A DNA stretch of 64,000 bases from positions 8,455,942 to 8,519,941 of the forward strand of contig NC_069004.1 of the NCBI RefSeq assembly GCF_001194135.2, written 5' to 3'. This DNA is from Octopus bimaculoides. Its lineage: Eukaryota. The notes beneath the pieces were generated by a model, which made no database searches, had not been told where the DNA came from, and was given only the letters and a program-made list of their open reading frames with translations. Below are positions 1 to 13,639 of the stretch, piece after piece. The position numbers and the translations under genes are program-made. Numbering within the stretch: the stretch's first letter is position 1; the number at the start of each line of letters is the position of its first letter.

Positions 1-589
1 CAGGTCTTTGAAATCACAGAGCAACCAATCAACAAAATGGTCTCTCACAGGCTTTCCACAGTTTGTCAACCAAATTCAAGCACAATGCATTAGTTGACCC
101 TAGGAGAAAAAAAACTTACCCAAGGTACTGCATTCTAGGATGAAACCAAAATATATGTTTGTAAACTTCTTAACCACATATTCAGGCCTGCATCTGTGTT
201 ACTATGTTGGTCGAATTAGACATTGTATACACAAATACCTACTTTGAAACCTGCCATTACTTACTGATTGGATCCCTATGTAGTTTTTCAATTTTTATTG
301 AGACCATCTACATCCTGACCATATTCATTTAGTGACATTTGAGTTGATTTTTTTAATTTACAGCATCACCATATGGCATAACCTTGATCCCTGATATGGT
401 TTTAATATTGGGGCTATGACCCCCTGGTGGAAGTTGATAAATTATAGAGGGAATTCTATTAACAAGGTGAATACAAATACTTTAATTTCTTGAGTACCAA
501 CAGTGAAATGAGGTGTTTGAGAGACAGATTAACCATTGAAATCACAGTAATATACCTTCTCTCCTGAATGTATTTAATTAAACAATAAG

Positions 590-855
590 CTTTTGCAGAA
601 TGACTTACTACACACATTACAGTGACATGGCATATCCTTTGTATGAAAACATGAGCCTAATTAGGTCAAAACTGTGAAAGAACAGTTTACAACATACATA
701 TTACATTATATGGGTTTTTTTCCCCTCTGAATGATTACATTTATGAATAATTTATGTATTTCTGTATGCAAACGGACTAACACAGATATAGTTTTTTCCC
801 CACTGTTTGAAAATGTTTATAAGTAGTTAATGTACTTGAATAAGGGAAGGATTTA
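590..855 (-). pseudogene. Decayed C2H2 finger repeats 3' of ZNF-A stop
   Basis: The reverse complement gives frameshifted finger remnants such as EKKQHHCDKSFPYSSTLTTYKHF and FFHSFDLIR..CHCNVCSKSF. Confidence 0.7.
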
Positions 856-2444
856 TCACAATGATGTTGTTTTTTTCACAGTATGAATACGTTTGTGAAC
901 AGATAATGTACTTCTGTATGAGAATGGTTTACCACAGATATCACANNNNNNNNNNNNNNNNNNNNNNNNNNNNNNNNNNNNNNNNNNNNNNNNNNNNNNN
1001 NNNNNNNNNNNNNNNNNNNNNNNNNNNNNNNNNNNNNNNNNNNNNAGTGATATGGTTTTTCTCCTGAATGAATACGTTTGTGAACAGTTAATGTGCTTCC
1101 ATCAGTGAAAGATTTACTGCAGATATTGCAGTGATAAGGTTTTTCCCCTGTATGAATACGTTTGTGAGAAATTAATGTACTTCCATCAGAAAATGATTTA
1201 CCACAGATATCACAGCGATACGGTTTTTCCCCTGTGTGAATACGTTTATGTTTAGTTAAGGAACTTCCATCATTGAATGATTTACCACAGATATCACAGG
1301 GACATACCTTCTCCCCTGTATGAATGTATATATGTTTAGTTAAAAGATAAGCTTCAGAAAATGATTTACCACAGATGTTACAGTGACATGGCTTTTCACC
1401 TATATGAAAACATATGTGCCTAATTAAGCTAGACCTCTGAGAGAATGATTTACCACAGGTATCACAGTAGTATGGTTTCTCTCCTGTATGAATACGTTTG
1501 TGTTTAGTTAATGTACTTCCATCAATGAATGATTTACCACAAGTATTACAGTGATATGGCTTCTCTCCTGTATGAATAAGTTTTTTGTGAGAAGTTACTT
1601 CACTTCCATTACTGAAAGATTTACCACAGATATCGCACTGATATGGTTTTTCTCCAGTATGAATGCGTTTGTGGGAATGCAAATGAACTTTTTGAAAGAA
1701 TGATTTTCCACAGATATCACAGTGATATGACTTCTCTCCTGTGTGAATGTTTTTGTGTTTAGTCAAATTACCTCTTTCGGAGAATGACTCACCACAAATA
1801 CTACACTCATATGGTTTCTCACCTGTATGAATACGAATGTGACTGGTGAGGCCATTCGTCTGAGAGAATGATTTACCACAGATATCACAGTGATATGGTT
1901 TTTCACCTGTATGAATACGTTTGTGACCAGTTAAGTGGCCTCTAAGGGAGAATGATTTACCACAGGTATCACATTTATAGGGTTTTACTCCAGTATGGAT
2001 GTGCTTGTGAGTAATTAAGGTATGTTTACGCAAGAATGATTTACCACAGATATCACAGTTGTGTGGCTTCTCTCCTGTATGCATATGTCTATGTTCAGTA
2101 AAGTTTCGTCTCAAAGTGAATGATTTACCACAGATATCACATTCATAAGGGGTTTCTCCAGTATGAATGCGTTTGTGAGTAGTTAATGTTCTCAATCGAG
2201 GGAATGATTTACCACAGACATCGCAGTTATGTGGTTTCTCCCCTGTATGTATATACCCATGTTCAGTGAAGTTTCTTTTTATGGTGAATGATTTACCACA
2301 GATATCACAGTTGTATGGTTTCTCTTCTGTGTGAATACGTTTATGGTTAGTAAGGCTGCTTTTTAGAGAGAAAGTCTTTTCACAGATATCACAATGATAT
2401 GACGATTTTCCTACTTTCTTTGGCAATTCTTCAGGAGAATCCAT
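856..2444 (-). CDS. ZNF-A: poly-C2H2 zinc-finger protein, 16 fingers before the gap and at least 1 after
   Basis: ORF MDSPEELPKK... with CxxC-12-HxxxH repeats and TGEKPY linkers. An N gap lies at 946-1046. Joining tcaca/agtg across it gives CDICGKPFSYRSTLSVHKRIHTVKKTTSL* (stop at 856-858). The 3' end depends on the true gap content. Confidence 0.9.
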
Positions 2445-3227
2445 TTTTCTCTAAATTTTTTGTTTTTCATACAACAGTTATATTGATATTGTACCCTCTA
2501 TTTATTTATTACTGCACCGATGAAAACCCTTCTATTGCAATGTTTACATCAACTGTTATCTCTGTTGGTATCAGAAGACAGTAGTAAGCTACTTTCTAAA
2601 CCTGTCCAAATTTAATTGGAATACAAAATCCTCCCATTGGCTTTCTCGACAATGAAGAGGAATGTTTCAGTTGGAAGAACTAACTCTCAGTAACTTAAAG
2701 ATAAATTTAATAGGAACAAAGTTGTAGCACTTCCGTATAAAATCTTCCTTTTGTCTGTGAATGATGATAAATATACTAATATATATTTAATGCCAATGTC
2801 ATCTCATATTCTGAAATGATAGAGAAACAATGTAAGATATTGTAAGAACTTTTAAAAAATAGCAATTCAACAGACAAATTTTTCAACAATTCTATATTGA
2901 GAAACTATATAAATTTTTACTTCAACATGTACATTCTAATTTACTGTTCAAATTTTTCTTTATGGTTATTTTGTTATTTAAATTACATAAAAAACAAAAT
3001 TGTGTGAAATTTCCACATTTGCAGTCTACATCTACACCTTCAGATTGTGTAACATTACACATATTATAATAAACAACAATAATTATACATTATATCTGGA
3101 CTAGTATTTTCAGGGCTTTGCTAAAACTTGCTGTGTTAAGCAGCAAACAACAAGGAAAAAGAAAAAAAAGAAAATTTAAACACACTCTCTCTTTCTCCCT
3201 CCCTTAAAAACACATGTCCGGTATCTC

Positions 3228-3582
<355 letters not shown>

Positions 3583-3809
3583 GAGTGTGTGTTTATGCTT
3601 GCTTTTTTTCTTTTTCCTTATTGTTTTTCCTTGCTTAACACAGCAAGTCTTAGCATACCAACATCAAAAGAAATCGCGCTATCTCTTTCGCGTCCTTTCC
3701 CTTACGGAAACTGCCGAATTGATGTAAATAAAGAGATGTCAGAAAAAGGATTGTATCGAAAGAACGCCCAATTCTATTTATTTACTTACATTAATACAGC
3801 ATTAAAACA

Positions 3810-4230
3810 AACGTTTATCAACTTACCGTTTCCAGATGCAATCAGTGAATCAATGTGGTGTGTGTTTCCACCAAACTACCAAACTAAATATCTGATTGTT
3901 AGAATGGGATTTACCAATGTTTTTATCAACTTTATTCTACAGCAACACTCAGATAGCTCCTAATTTGATCGGCAATAAAATTCGAACTTACAACTATGAA
4001 CAAGTGAAGCTGACTTTATGTCTCCAGCCGTACTTTCGATATCACATTGAAACTCAATGGTAGTGTCCCTTTGAAGATGCTGCGAGCTCATAGGGAGGCG
4101 CTGGATGTTTCTAAATGAGATGTGAGAATTCCTAGAAATAAAATAGTGAAACCCGACGCAATACATAAGTTTTAAAGACATTTTGAGGAAGATATCTTGA
4201 TCTTTAGAATATGAATAGGACATCGTGCTA
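3810..4230 (-). promoter_or_regulatory. Conserved promoter/non-coding exon 1 of ZNF-A (donor at 3826; intron 2811-3826)
   Basis: Minus strand reads GATATCGAAAGTACGGCTGGAGACATAAAGTCAGCTTCACTTGTTCAT...GGAAACG|GTAAGTTGATAAACGTTT. The acceptor is TTTCTCTATCATTTCAG| at 2811. The same module precedes all nine genes. Confidence 0.75.
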
Positions 4231-5289
4231 TCAGTTGGTGCAAATACTTATAATAAACCACCAAGCTAAACAACTGATATGTCTCCCCGCCCCTCTTCTC
4301 AAATCTTATGGTCAAACAACGTATTGTAGGTATTAACCGCCGTAGAGTATTATAATCATTTCTTGTTATGACAAATATATACATACTAAGATACACACAC
4401 ATAACCCCTCCCCCATTTATNNNNNNNNNNNNNNNNNNNNNNNNNNNNNNNNNNNNNNNNNNNNNNNNNNNNNNNNNNNNNNNNNNNNNNNNNNNNNNNN
4501 NNNNNNNNNNNNNNNNNNNNNNNNNNNNNNNNNNNNNNNNNNNNNNNNNNNNNNNNNNNNNNNNNNNNNNNNNNNNNNNNNNNNNATATATATATATATA
4601 TATATATATATAAGAAGTAGGAGAAAAATGGAGATTGAGAAGTTAATAATTGTTTATTCTTAACAGCAATTTGGTCATCTTCCTTTACGACCGTTTCAAT
4701 TAATACTCGATAAACATTAAATTTATACTTATGCAACATGAGCATAATATTATTAGAGGGAAAAAGATGTACTTTTGGAAGCTATATGTGTGTTTGTGAA
4801 TTCATTTTAGCAGACTTTATATATATATAATTTTTGTCAAAGTCCTATAATCCTTTAAAGGAATGCTAGCATCCTAGTTCTCCGGTTTATACCAGTGTAA
4901 GGATAATTTGGTTGGAACCTTATAGAAACTTTTCTCTAAATACCTTTCAAAGGAAAATAGATATTATGATATCATTAACCGTAGGCTTCTTAGAATTGGT
5001 TATTCAGTATCTAATAATTTATGCCAGATTATATCTTCAATTAGCGAAAGAAAATGATCTAATTTGTATAATAATTGTAATAGTAGTAAACGCTATAACA
5101 GTAATACTAACGGAATAAACATTAGTAATGCAAGTAAATTAGAAGTCTAGTGTACAAGGGGAAACAACCCATATCAAATCCCATTCCAACTTATTGAATG
5201 TAGATAAAATGGCAAATAGCAATTATAATGAATGTAATGATATGAAACAGAGTAATAATACGAGTACTAATGAAAATACTTTTTTGTGA

Positions 5290-7670
5290 TTCCAAGGCTA
5301 GAAGTGAATGTCTATTTAAAAACTTGAAAAGACATTATGAAACGAACCTCGATCTTACGATGAATATGAAAGTCCAATATATGTTTCAAGACTCAAGGAA
5401 ATGAAGGCAAACTTGACACAGCAACAGACCTGTTTTACAAAAAATCAGAAAGGGAATGTCGCTTCTGTTACTGCAAGCTAGGAACTCCGCTGAATGATCA
5501 CCATGAATGGGAAATCTTACAGTGAAGGAGATTTCGTAAAGCAATGCCTTGTAAAAACAGCTGAAATTGTGTGTCCAGAGAAAGCACACTTATTCAAAGA
5601 TATTTCATTAACCAGGAACAATGTTGCTGGACGGATTGATGAAGTGTCTGGTGATTTGAAACAACAGCTGAAGGCTGCATCATCAAGATTTGAACATTTT
5701 TCTGTTGCTGTTGATGAAACAATTGACATCACTGGAACAGCACAGCTTCCGGTCTTAACCAGGGCCTGTGACTGTAAATTCAATATTTATGAAGAACTGA
5801 TTGAACTGATCCCCATGCATGACACTACAACAAGCCAGGACGTCTTTGAGAAAGTCGAACAGGTTCTGCATAACTATGGTTTTGATTTGAGCAAGCTTGC
5901 ATGCTTATCTACCAACAGTGCTGCAAGGATGGCTGACAGCCATAACGGTGTTGCTGCCAAGTTACAAACAAAAATAGACAATTTGCATCCAGATTCATCA
6001 TTTTCACTGTGTTATTCATCAGCAAAATTTCTGTTCAAAGATTTTAAAATTGGATCATCTGCTTAGTTTAGTCGCAAAGACAGCGAACTATATCAGAGGC
6101 TGTGCTCTCAACTACGGTCAATTCAGTCAGTTGTCAGAAGATATGGATAATTAGTCCATCGATGTTCCATTCTACACAAGTCTGCTGGTTGTCACACCAC
6201 AAAATGTTGAAAACATTTTATTTGTTGAGACATGAAAGGTCAAAATACAAATGAGAGTTGGCTCCAGGATCTGGCGTTTGCAGTAGACATTACTGCACAA
6301 TTAACTAATCTCAATTTGAAATTACAAAGTAAAAACAAACTCATCTCTCAGTTGGATGACGACATCAAGTGCTTCGTTCCAAAATTAAGCTTATGGAAGT
6401 CACAGCTGTCAAATGAAAATTTAGTTCATTTTCCTGAGTGCAAAGAACTAAAAAAAACAGTGCTAATACTAAGTCTGTACTTAACTTTGGCAAGTATGAC
6501 AGTCGCCTGGAATTGTTGTCAAAGGAATTTCAGTTAAGATTTCATGATTTCTCATCTTTTGAACATCCATTTTCATTATTCTCAGCACCATTCACCTTTG
6601 ATGTTTTTAAGACAGAAGAAAGCCTGCAGATGGAACTATTAGAAATACAGTCAGATTCTTCACTCAGAGCAAAGTATTTTGAAGTGGGGTCACCTGGTTT
6701 CTTTTCATACCTTTGTGAAAACTTTAAAAACTTCAGAAAGTTTACTACAAGGATTACAACAATGTTTGGTTCTACCTATGAGTGTGAACAGTTATTTTCC
6801 TCCATGAAATCAACAAAAACTTCTCAAAGAACAAGGCTGACTGATCAACACTTGTCATCTCAGATCAAACTTGGAACTGCACAGACATTTCAGCCAGACA
6901 TACCAAAATTGTCAACAAAAAGGTGTCGAGCCTCAGGACAAAACACTAGAAATGTTTGAATAGTTGTAAATAAATACTCTTTACTTGTTTCAGTCTTTTG
7001 ACTGTGGCCATGCTGGGGCACCACCTTTAGTCGAGCAAATCGACTCCAGAACTTACTCTTTGGAAGCCTAGTACTTATTCTATCGGTGTCTTTTGCCGAA
7101 CCGCTAAGTTACAGGGACGTAAACACACCAGCATCAGTTGTCAAGCGATGTTGGGGAGACAAACACATACATATATATATATGCATATATACGATGGGCT
7201 TCTTTAAGTTTCCGTCTACCAAATCCACTCACAAGGCTTTGGTCGGCCCGAGGCTATAGTAGAAGACACTTGTCCAAGGTGNNNNNNNNNNTAGTAGAAG
7301 ACACTTGTCCAAGGTGCCACGCAGTGGGAATGAACCCAGAACCATGTGGTTGGTAAGCAAGCTACTTACCACACAACCACTCCTGCGTTTTGAACTATTG
7401 TAATTTTTGTACAATGAATTTGTTGCTGTTGCATTCAAATCTATGTTACCTTTTAAAATTTTGTTTATTTTCTTTTGTTAAACTACTTCGTTACTTTGCA
7501 TTCTTGAATGTGGCAAAACCATGTTGTGTTTCTAAGTTTAAGTAAGAAGAAATATTCTGCAATAATTTTTATTAAATGACTTCCATTTATAATTGAAGCG
7601 AATGTGGCCCCTGTGGCAACACAAATGTGACTGATATGGCCCTTGGAGGACCTTCAGTTTGACATGGCTG
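5290..7670 (+). mobile_element. Degenerate hAT (Charlie/SPIN, GTF2IRD2-like) DNA transposon
   Basis: Frameshifted ORF pieces: KNLKRHYET; GKSYSEGDFVKQCL...FSVAVDETIDITGTAQL (5494-6066); WLQDLAFAVDITAQLTNLNLKLQ; MFGSTYECEQLFSSMK...RTRLTDQHL (hAT C-terminal dimerisation-like). Putative right TIR TTTGACATGGCTG ends at 7670, followed by ATCTACAC, which resembles the NTCTAGAN target. Left TIR not seen. Confidence 0.85.
6978..7387 (-). mobile_element. SINE-beta (my label): tRNA-like head, internal (AT)n/(CA)n
   Basis: Head GCAGGAGTGGTTGTGTGGTAAG...GGTTCATTCCCA and body TACTTATTCTATCGGTGTCTTTTGCCGAACCGCTAAG are shared with the copies at 13185, 23733 and 62930. Confidence 0.8.
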
Positions 7671-8094
7671 ATCTACACAACACTGGCATGAGTGCATTTT
7701 ATGTGGTACCAGCATCTGTAAAGGACAAGCTTGTATGTATGGATGACAACAATGTATGTATTAATAAATAAATAAGTATATAAATAAATATTCATGTGTG
7801 TATTTTTATGTTCTGTATATAATAACACAGGTCAGCAAAATGAAACTTTTTGAAAATTGTCTGATAATTGTATGTTACAGAAACAAAACACACACACGTA
7901 TATATGTATGTGTGTATGATAGATTGCTGACCACTACATTTATATTTTTCTTCTCCTTATTTCTTTCTGTTGAAGATCGTAGCTCGAAACATTAAAGACT
8001 TTCTCTATTCCTGAGCGTTAAACTAATACATCCTTTTGTTGTTTACACCACCTGTCCTCGTCTGTTGTTTTTTTCGTAAATTCTCCCATGTATG

Positions 8095-8262
8095 TGTATA
8101 TATATACACACACACACACATATTTACAATGGGTTTCTTTCAGCTTCCGTCTACCAAATCCACTCACAAGGCTATAACAGACATTTGCCCAAAATATCAT
8201 GCAGTGGCAACTGAACCTAGAACCATTTGGCTCGGAAGCAAACTTCTTACCATACAGCTACG
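8095..8262 (-). mobile_element. SINE-beta, partial and diverged
   Basis: GGGTTTCTTTCAGCTTCCGTCTACCAAATCCACTCACAAGGCT...GAACCTAGAACCAT matches the head half of the family. Confidence 0.7.
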
Positions 8263-9086
8263 TCTGCACCTTATTAACAAAGTGAACACAAAAACTTTTT
8301 ATTTCTTGAGGTAGATGTGTTAAATAACGGGACGAGAGGTCGCATACTTTTCAGGTTAAAACCTCATCCACCAAATATGATTCTTAAGTGTTCTAAACTT
8401 GTATTATTTTCATGAATGGAATTTATTTAGAATCTTATATTTGAATGAAATACATCAATGTTTTATTAATTTTAACTTGAATTTTTCTTAATTTCAGTTG
8501 CAATGTGCTTGGAAAAAGTTGGAACAGATTTCATCTTTCTGTTCTCCCGGTCAGAGCTAACCTGTGTTATATGTTTCTTCTATTAATGTTAAATTAAGTA
8601 TAATTTTAGACAATGTGCAAAACCCAGGATGAATCAGACTGCAACATATGAGATAACCAAAATATGTTATGTAAAGTTTTATTAAATTCAATGAAATTCA
8701 ATGAAATTGATCTTTCTAAAACACAACTCATTTTCACAACACCAGAGCAATAAACAAGCAATGCAATATAAATACTCAATCATTTATTATTACTCCCACA
8801 AAAGAAAAAAAAAAGAGAAAAGGATCCATTCCATGTCTTAGATGAGTCAGGGAAAAATAGTCCAACTTCTATGTTCCATTTTGGAGATCATGGTTTTAAT
8901 GACTGGATGCCCTGCTTATCACCATCAATTTTGGAGTTTATTGAATGTATTATATTATGGAGCCAGTGTTATAGAAGCTGTTATGTTGTTTGTAAGATTA
9001 GAATGCTGATGTGTCTGTTCATTTGCCACCCATTTCACAGAGTGTGTTTCTAAGTAGACGAGTCAGAGAATGATTTGCCACTTACA

Positions 9087-12000
9087 TCACTGCGATAGAG
9101 TTGTTTCTGCAGAATAGAAACACCTGTGTCTAGTTAAACCACTATTTAGAGAAAATGATCTACCACAGATATTACACTGATATGGTTTTTCTCCTGTATG
9201 CATCCGATAATGTTTAGTTAAATCACTATTTTGCGAGAAAGATTTACCACAGATATTACACTGATAGGGTTTATCTCCTGTATGAATACGTCTATGGATT
9301 GTTAGATGAGCTGTTTGAGAAAATGATTTATCACAGAACTCACAGTGATAAGGTCTCTCACCTGTATGTGTACGACTGTGAACAGTTAAATGGCCTGTCT
9401 GAGAGAAGGACTTACCACAGATAGTACAGTGATATAGCCTCTCACCTGTATGAGTGTATTTGTGACTAGTTAAATGATATTTTTCAGAGAATGTTTTACC
9501 ACAGATGTTACATTCATATGGCTTCTCTCCAGTATGAGTACGTATGTGCCTAATAAGGCCAGAACGTTCAGAGAACAATTTGCCACAAATATCACAGTGA
9601 TACGGCTCCTCTCGAGTATGTACACATTTGTGAGCAGTCAATTCACTTCCAGCAATGAATGATTTACCACAGGTATCGCAATGATATGGTTTTTTTCCTA
9701 TATGAATACAATCGTGAACACTCAAGGTTCTAGCATAAGCAAACGATTTCCCACAGATATTGCACTGATATGGTCTTTCCCCTGTGTGAATACGCTTGTG
9801 AACAGTTAATCCACTTGTATAGCGGAATGATTTACCACAGATATCACAGTGATATGGTCTTTCCCCTGTATGAATGAGTTTGTGACGATTTAATGGGCTT
9901 CTATAAGTGAATGCCTTACCACAAATATCACAGTGGAAAAGATTTTCCCCGGTATGAATACGCTTGTGAACGGCTAATGGATTTTGATCAGTGAATGATT
10001 TATCACAGATATCACAGTGATAGGCTTTCTCTCTTGTATGAATGAGTTTCTTGTGAACTGTTAATTCACTTCTACCGTTGAATGATTTACCACAAATAGC
10101 ACAGTAATTACGCTTGCTTCCTGAATGAATACGTTTGTGAACAGTTAGCGTATGTCGATAACTGAATGATTTACCACAGATATCACAGTGATGTACCTTT
10201 TCCCCTGTATGAATACGTTTATGAACATTTAATCCACTCCCATCAGCAAAAGATTTACCACAGATATCGCACGGATAGGGTTTCTCTCCTGTATGCATGC
10301 GTCTCTTGTGTATTGTTAATGGGCTTGCTTGAGCAAATGCTTTACCACAGATATTGCAGTGATATGGCTTTTCCCCAGTATGAAGACGTTTGTGACCAGT
10401 TAATGCACCTCTATAACTAAACGATTTACCACAGATGTCACAGTGATATGGCTTTTCTCCTGTATGGAAACGTTTGTGAACAGTTAATCCACTTGAATAA
10501 CCGAATGATTTACCACAGATATCACAGTNNNNNNNNNNNNNNNNNNNNNNNNNNNNNNNNNNNNNNNNNNNNNNNNNNNNNNNNNNNNNNNNNNNNNNNN
10601 NNNNNNNNNNNNNNNNNNNNNNNNNNNNACAGTTAATCCACTTGAATAACCGAATGATTTACCACAGATATCACAGTGGTATGGTTTTTCCCCAGTATGA
10701 ATGCGTTTGTGATAATTTAATGGACTTTGAGCAGAGAACGATTTACCACAGATATTACAGTGATATGTTTTCTCTTTTGTATGAATGTGTCTTTTGTGTA
10801 TCGTCAATTGACTTGTTCCAGAGAATGATTTACCACAGAAATTACAGTCATACGGTTTGCTTTCTGAATGAATACGTTTGTGAACAGTTATTGCACCTGA
10901 ATAGCGGAATGATTTACCACAGAGGTCACAGTGATATGGTTTTTCCCCTGTGTGCATACGTTTGTGAACATTTAATCCACTTCCATCAGTGAAAGATTTA
11001 CCACAGACATCGCACGGATAGGGTTTCTCTCCTGTATGAATGCGTCTCTTGTGTATCATTAATTGGCTTCTTCGAGTGAATGATTTACCACAAGTTTCAC
11101 AATTATATGGTTTTTCCCCTGTATGAATACGTTTGTGAACAGTTAATCCACTTGCGTAGGGGAAAGATCTACCACAGGTTTCACATTCATAAGGTTTTTC
11201 CCCTGTATGAATACGTTTGTGAACAGTTAATTTACTTCCAGCGGGGAATGATTTACCACAGATGTCACATTGATATAGTTTCTCTCCTGTATGAATACGT
11301 TTATGAGAAGTTACTGCACTCCTGTTACTAAATGACTTACCACAGACATCACAGCCATATGGTTTTTCCCCTGTATGAATACGTTTATGAACAGTTAATT
11401 TACTGCCAAAGCTGAATGACTTACTACAAATATCACAGTGATAAGGCTTCTCTCCTGTATGGATACGTTTGTGTGTAGTAACCGAGCTTCCATTACTGAA
11501 TGATTTACCACAGATATCACACTGATATGGTTTTTCTCCAGTATGAATGCGTTTGTGAGATAGTAAATGAACTTTTTGAAAGAATGATTTTCCACAGATA
11601 TCACAGTGATATGACTTCTCTCCTGTGTGAATCTTTTTGTGTTTAGTTAAATTACCACTGTCTGAGAATGAGTCACCACACATTTTACATTTATATGGCT
11701 TCTCTCCTGTATGAACACGTATGTGCCTAGTTAGGCCATCAGTGTGAGCAAACGATTTACCACAGATATCACAGTGATATGGCTTTTCACCTGTATGGAT
11801 ACGGCCATGACTGGTTAGGTGACCTCTTAGAGAGAATGATTTACCACAGGTATCACATTTATAGGGTTTCTTTCCAGTATGGAGGTGTTTGTGAGTAATT
11901 AAGTTATGTTTACGTAAGAATGATTTGTCACAGATATCACATTTATATGGTCTCTCTCCTGTATGTATATTTTTATGCTCAGTTAGCTTACTTCTTGCAA

Positions 12001-12253
12001 CAAATGATTTACCACAGATATCACAGTTGTGTGGCTTCTCTCCTGTATGTGTACCCCTATGTTCAGTTAAGTTAAGTTTTACAGTGAAAGATTTCCCACA
12101 GATATCACAAGGATATCGTTTCTCTGCTTTCTCTTCTTTGTCAATACATTTATGAGTAACAAGCTTACTTTTCAGAGAGAATGACTTTTTACAGATATCA
12201 CAGTGGTATGATGATTCCCCTATCTCTTTTGGCAATTCTTCAGGGAAACTCAT
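9087..12253 (-). CDS. ZNF-B: about 1005-aa poly-C2H2 protein, about 35 fingers (ORFs 10484..12253 and 9087..10298 joined)
   Basis: 10480-10528 is repeated at 10629-10677 across the 100-N gap (offset 149). Collapsing leaves 3018 nt = 1006 codons in one frame: ...[35 protein letters not shown]...[14 protein letters not shown]... Confidence 0.9.
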
Positions 12254-13184
12254 TCTTCAATATTTTCTTTTCCCAGGACAATTATATTCATATTTTTTCT
12301 CTACTTATTACAGCATTAATCAAATCCTGTCAGTTGCAATATTTCCATCAACTTTTATCTCTGTTGGCATCAGAGAAGGACTTGCAATGTCCTTTGGTAA
12401 TTTTTTCACATTTAATTGGAACATGAAAATCGTCCAGTACATATTCTAGGTAATGAAGTAAAGAAATGTCACTCCCACAAGAAATATTTCTCAGTTTTCT
12501 GTATAACCATTTTCTTCAGTCTTTAAAAAATGATGAATATTGATGATATATATTGTTTAATGCCAATGCCATCTGGTATTCTGAAATGATAGTGAAACAG
12601 TGTAAGATATTGAAAACAATTTAAAAAACAAAAAAAAAAAAAGAAAGAGAGAGAGAGAGAGATTCAACACTGAAATTTTCCAACAATTCTATATTGATAA
12701 ACTATAAACTTTTACCTCAACAACTGAACTTCACATTTTAATTTGTTATTTAAATTATACCATACAAAGTTGTGTGAAGTTTACATATTAACAGACTATA
12801 TCTGTACCTTCAATCTGTGTAACATTTCATATATCATAACAAACAATAATGAATATATATAATATCTGGACTAGTGACTTCAGTCACTGTATGTCCAGGA
12901 CTTCAGGTGCCTTTCATTTTCAGATGTTCTCAGAATTCGTAACTGAGCCCTGTATTAAAATTGCTGGGATACATTGTTCTCATTCCATTGTCCATACCAA
13001 GGATATTCTTTTTATTAGTTATTATACTAATTATTACAATGCCACTAGTATGTTACACTTAACTCAAAATATATATTTATCCTAACTTACTCAGAGATTG
13101 AACTTACTCCCACAACATAATCTATTACACTTTATGCTTATAGTCATTATAACAAAATTTAAAGAACAGTAGACAATAACATTC

Positions 13185-13563
13185 CTCTGGAGCACTGCCT
13201 TTAGACAAGCAAATTGACCCCAGGACTTATTCTTTGTAAGCCTAGTACTTATTCTATTGGTCTCTTTGGCCGAACTGCTAAGTTACAGGGACGTAAACAC
13301 ACCACCATCAGTTGTCAAGCGATGTTCGGGGAACAAACACAGACACACAAACATACACACACATACATGAATAAATAAATAAATATATATATATATACAT
13401 ATACGACAGGCTTCTTTTAGTTTCCATCTACCAAACCCCCTCATAAGGCTTTGGTCGGCCCGAGGCTATAGAAGATACTTGCCCAAGGTACCACGTAGTG
13501 GGACTGAACCCAGAGCCATGTGGTACGTAAGCAAGCTACTTACCACACAGCCACTCTTACGCC
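13185..13563 (-). mobile_element. SINE-beta in ZNF-B intron 1
   Basis: Near full-length match to the 6978 and 23733 copies. Confidence 0.8.
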
Positions 13564-13580
13564 TATTATTATATATATAC

Positions 13581-13639
<59 letters not shown>

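Noticed and set aside
7258-7320. Direct repeats flanking small N gaps (also 16427-16580 and 10480-10677)
   Set aside because: These are contig-end overlaps, an assembly artefact rather than tandem duplications.
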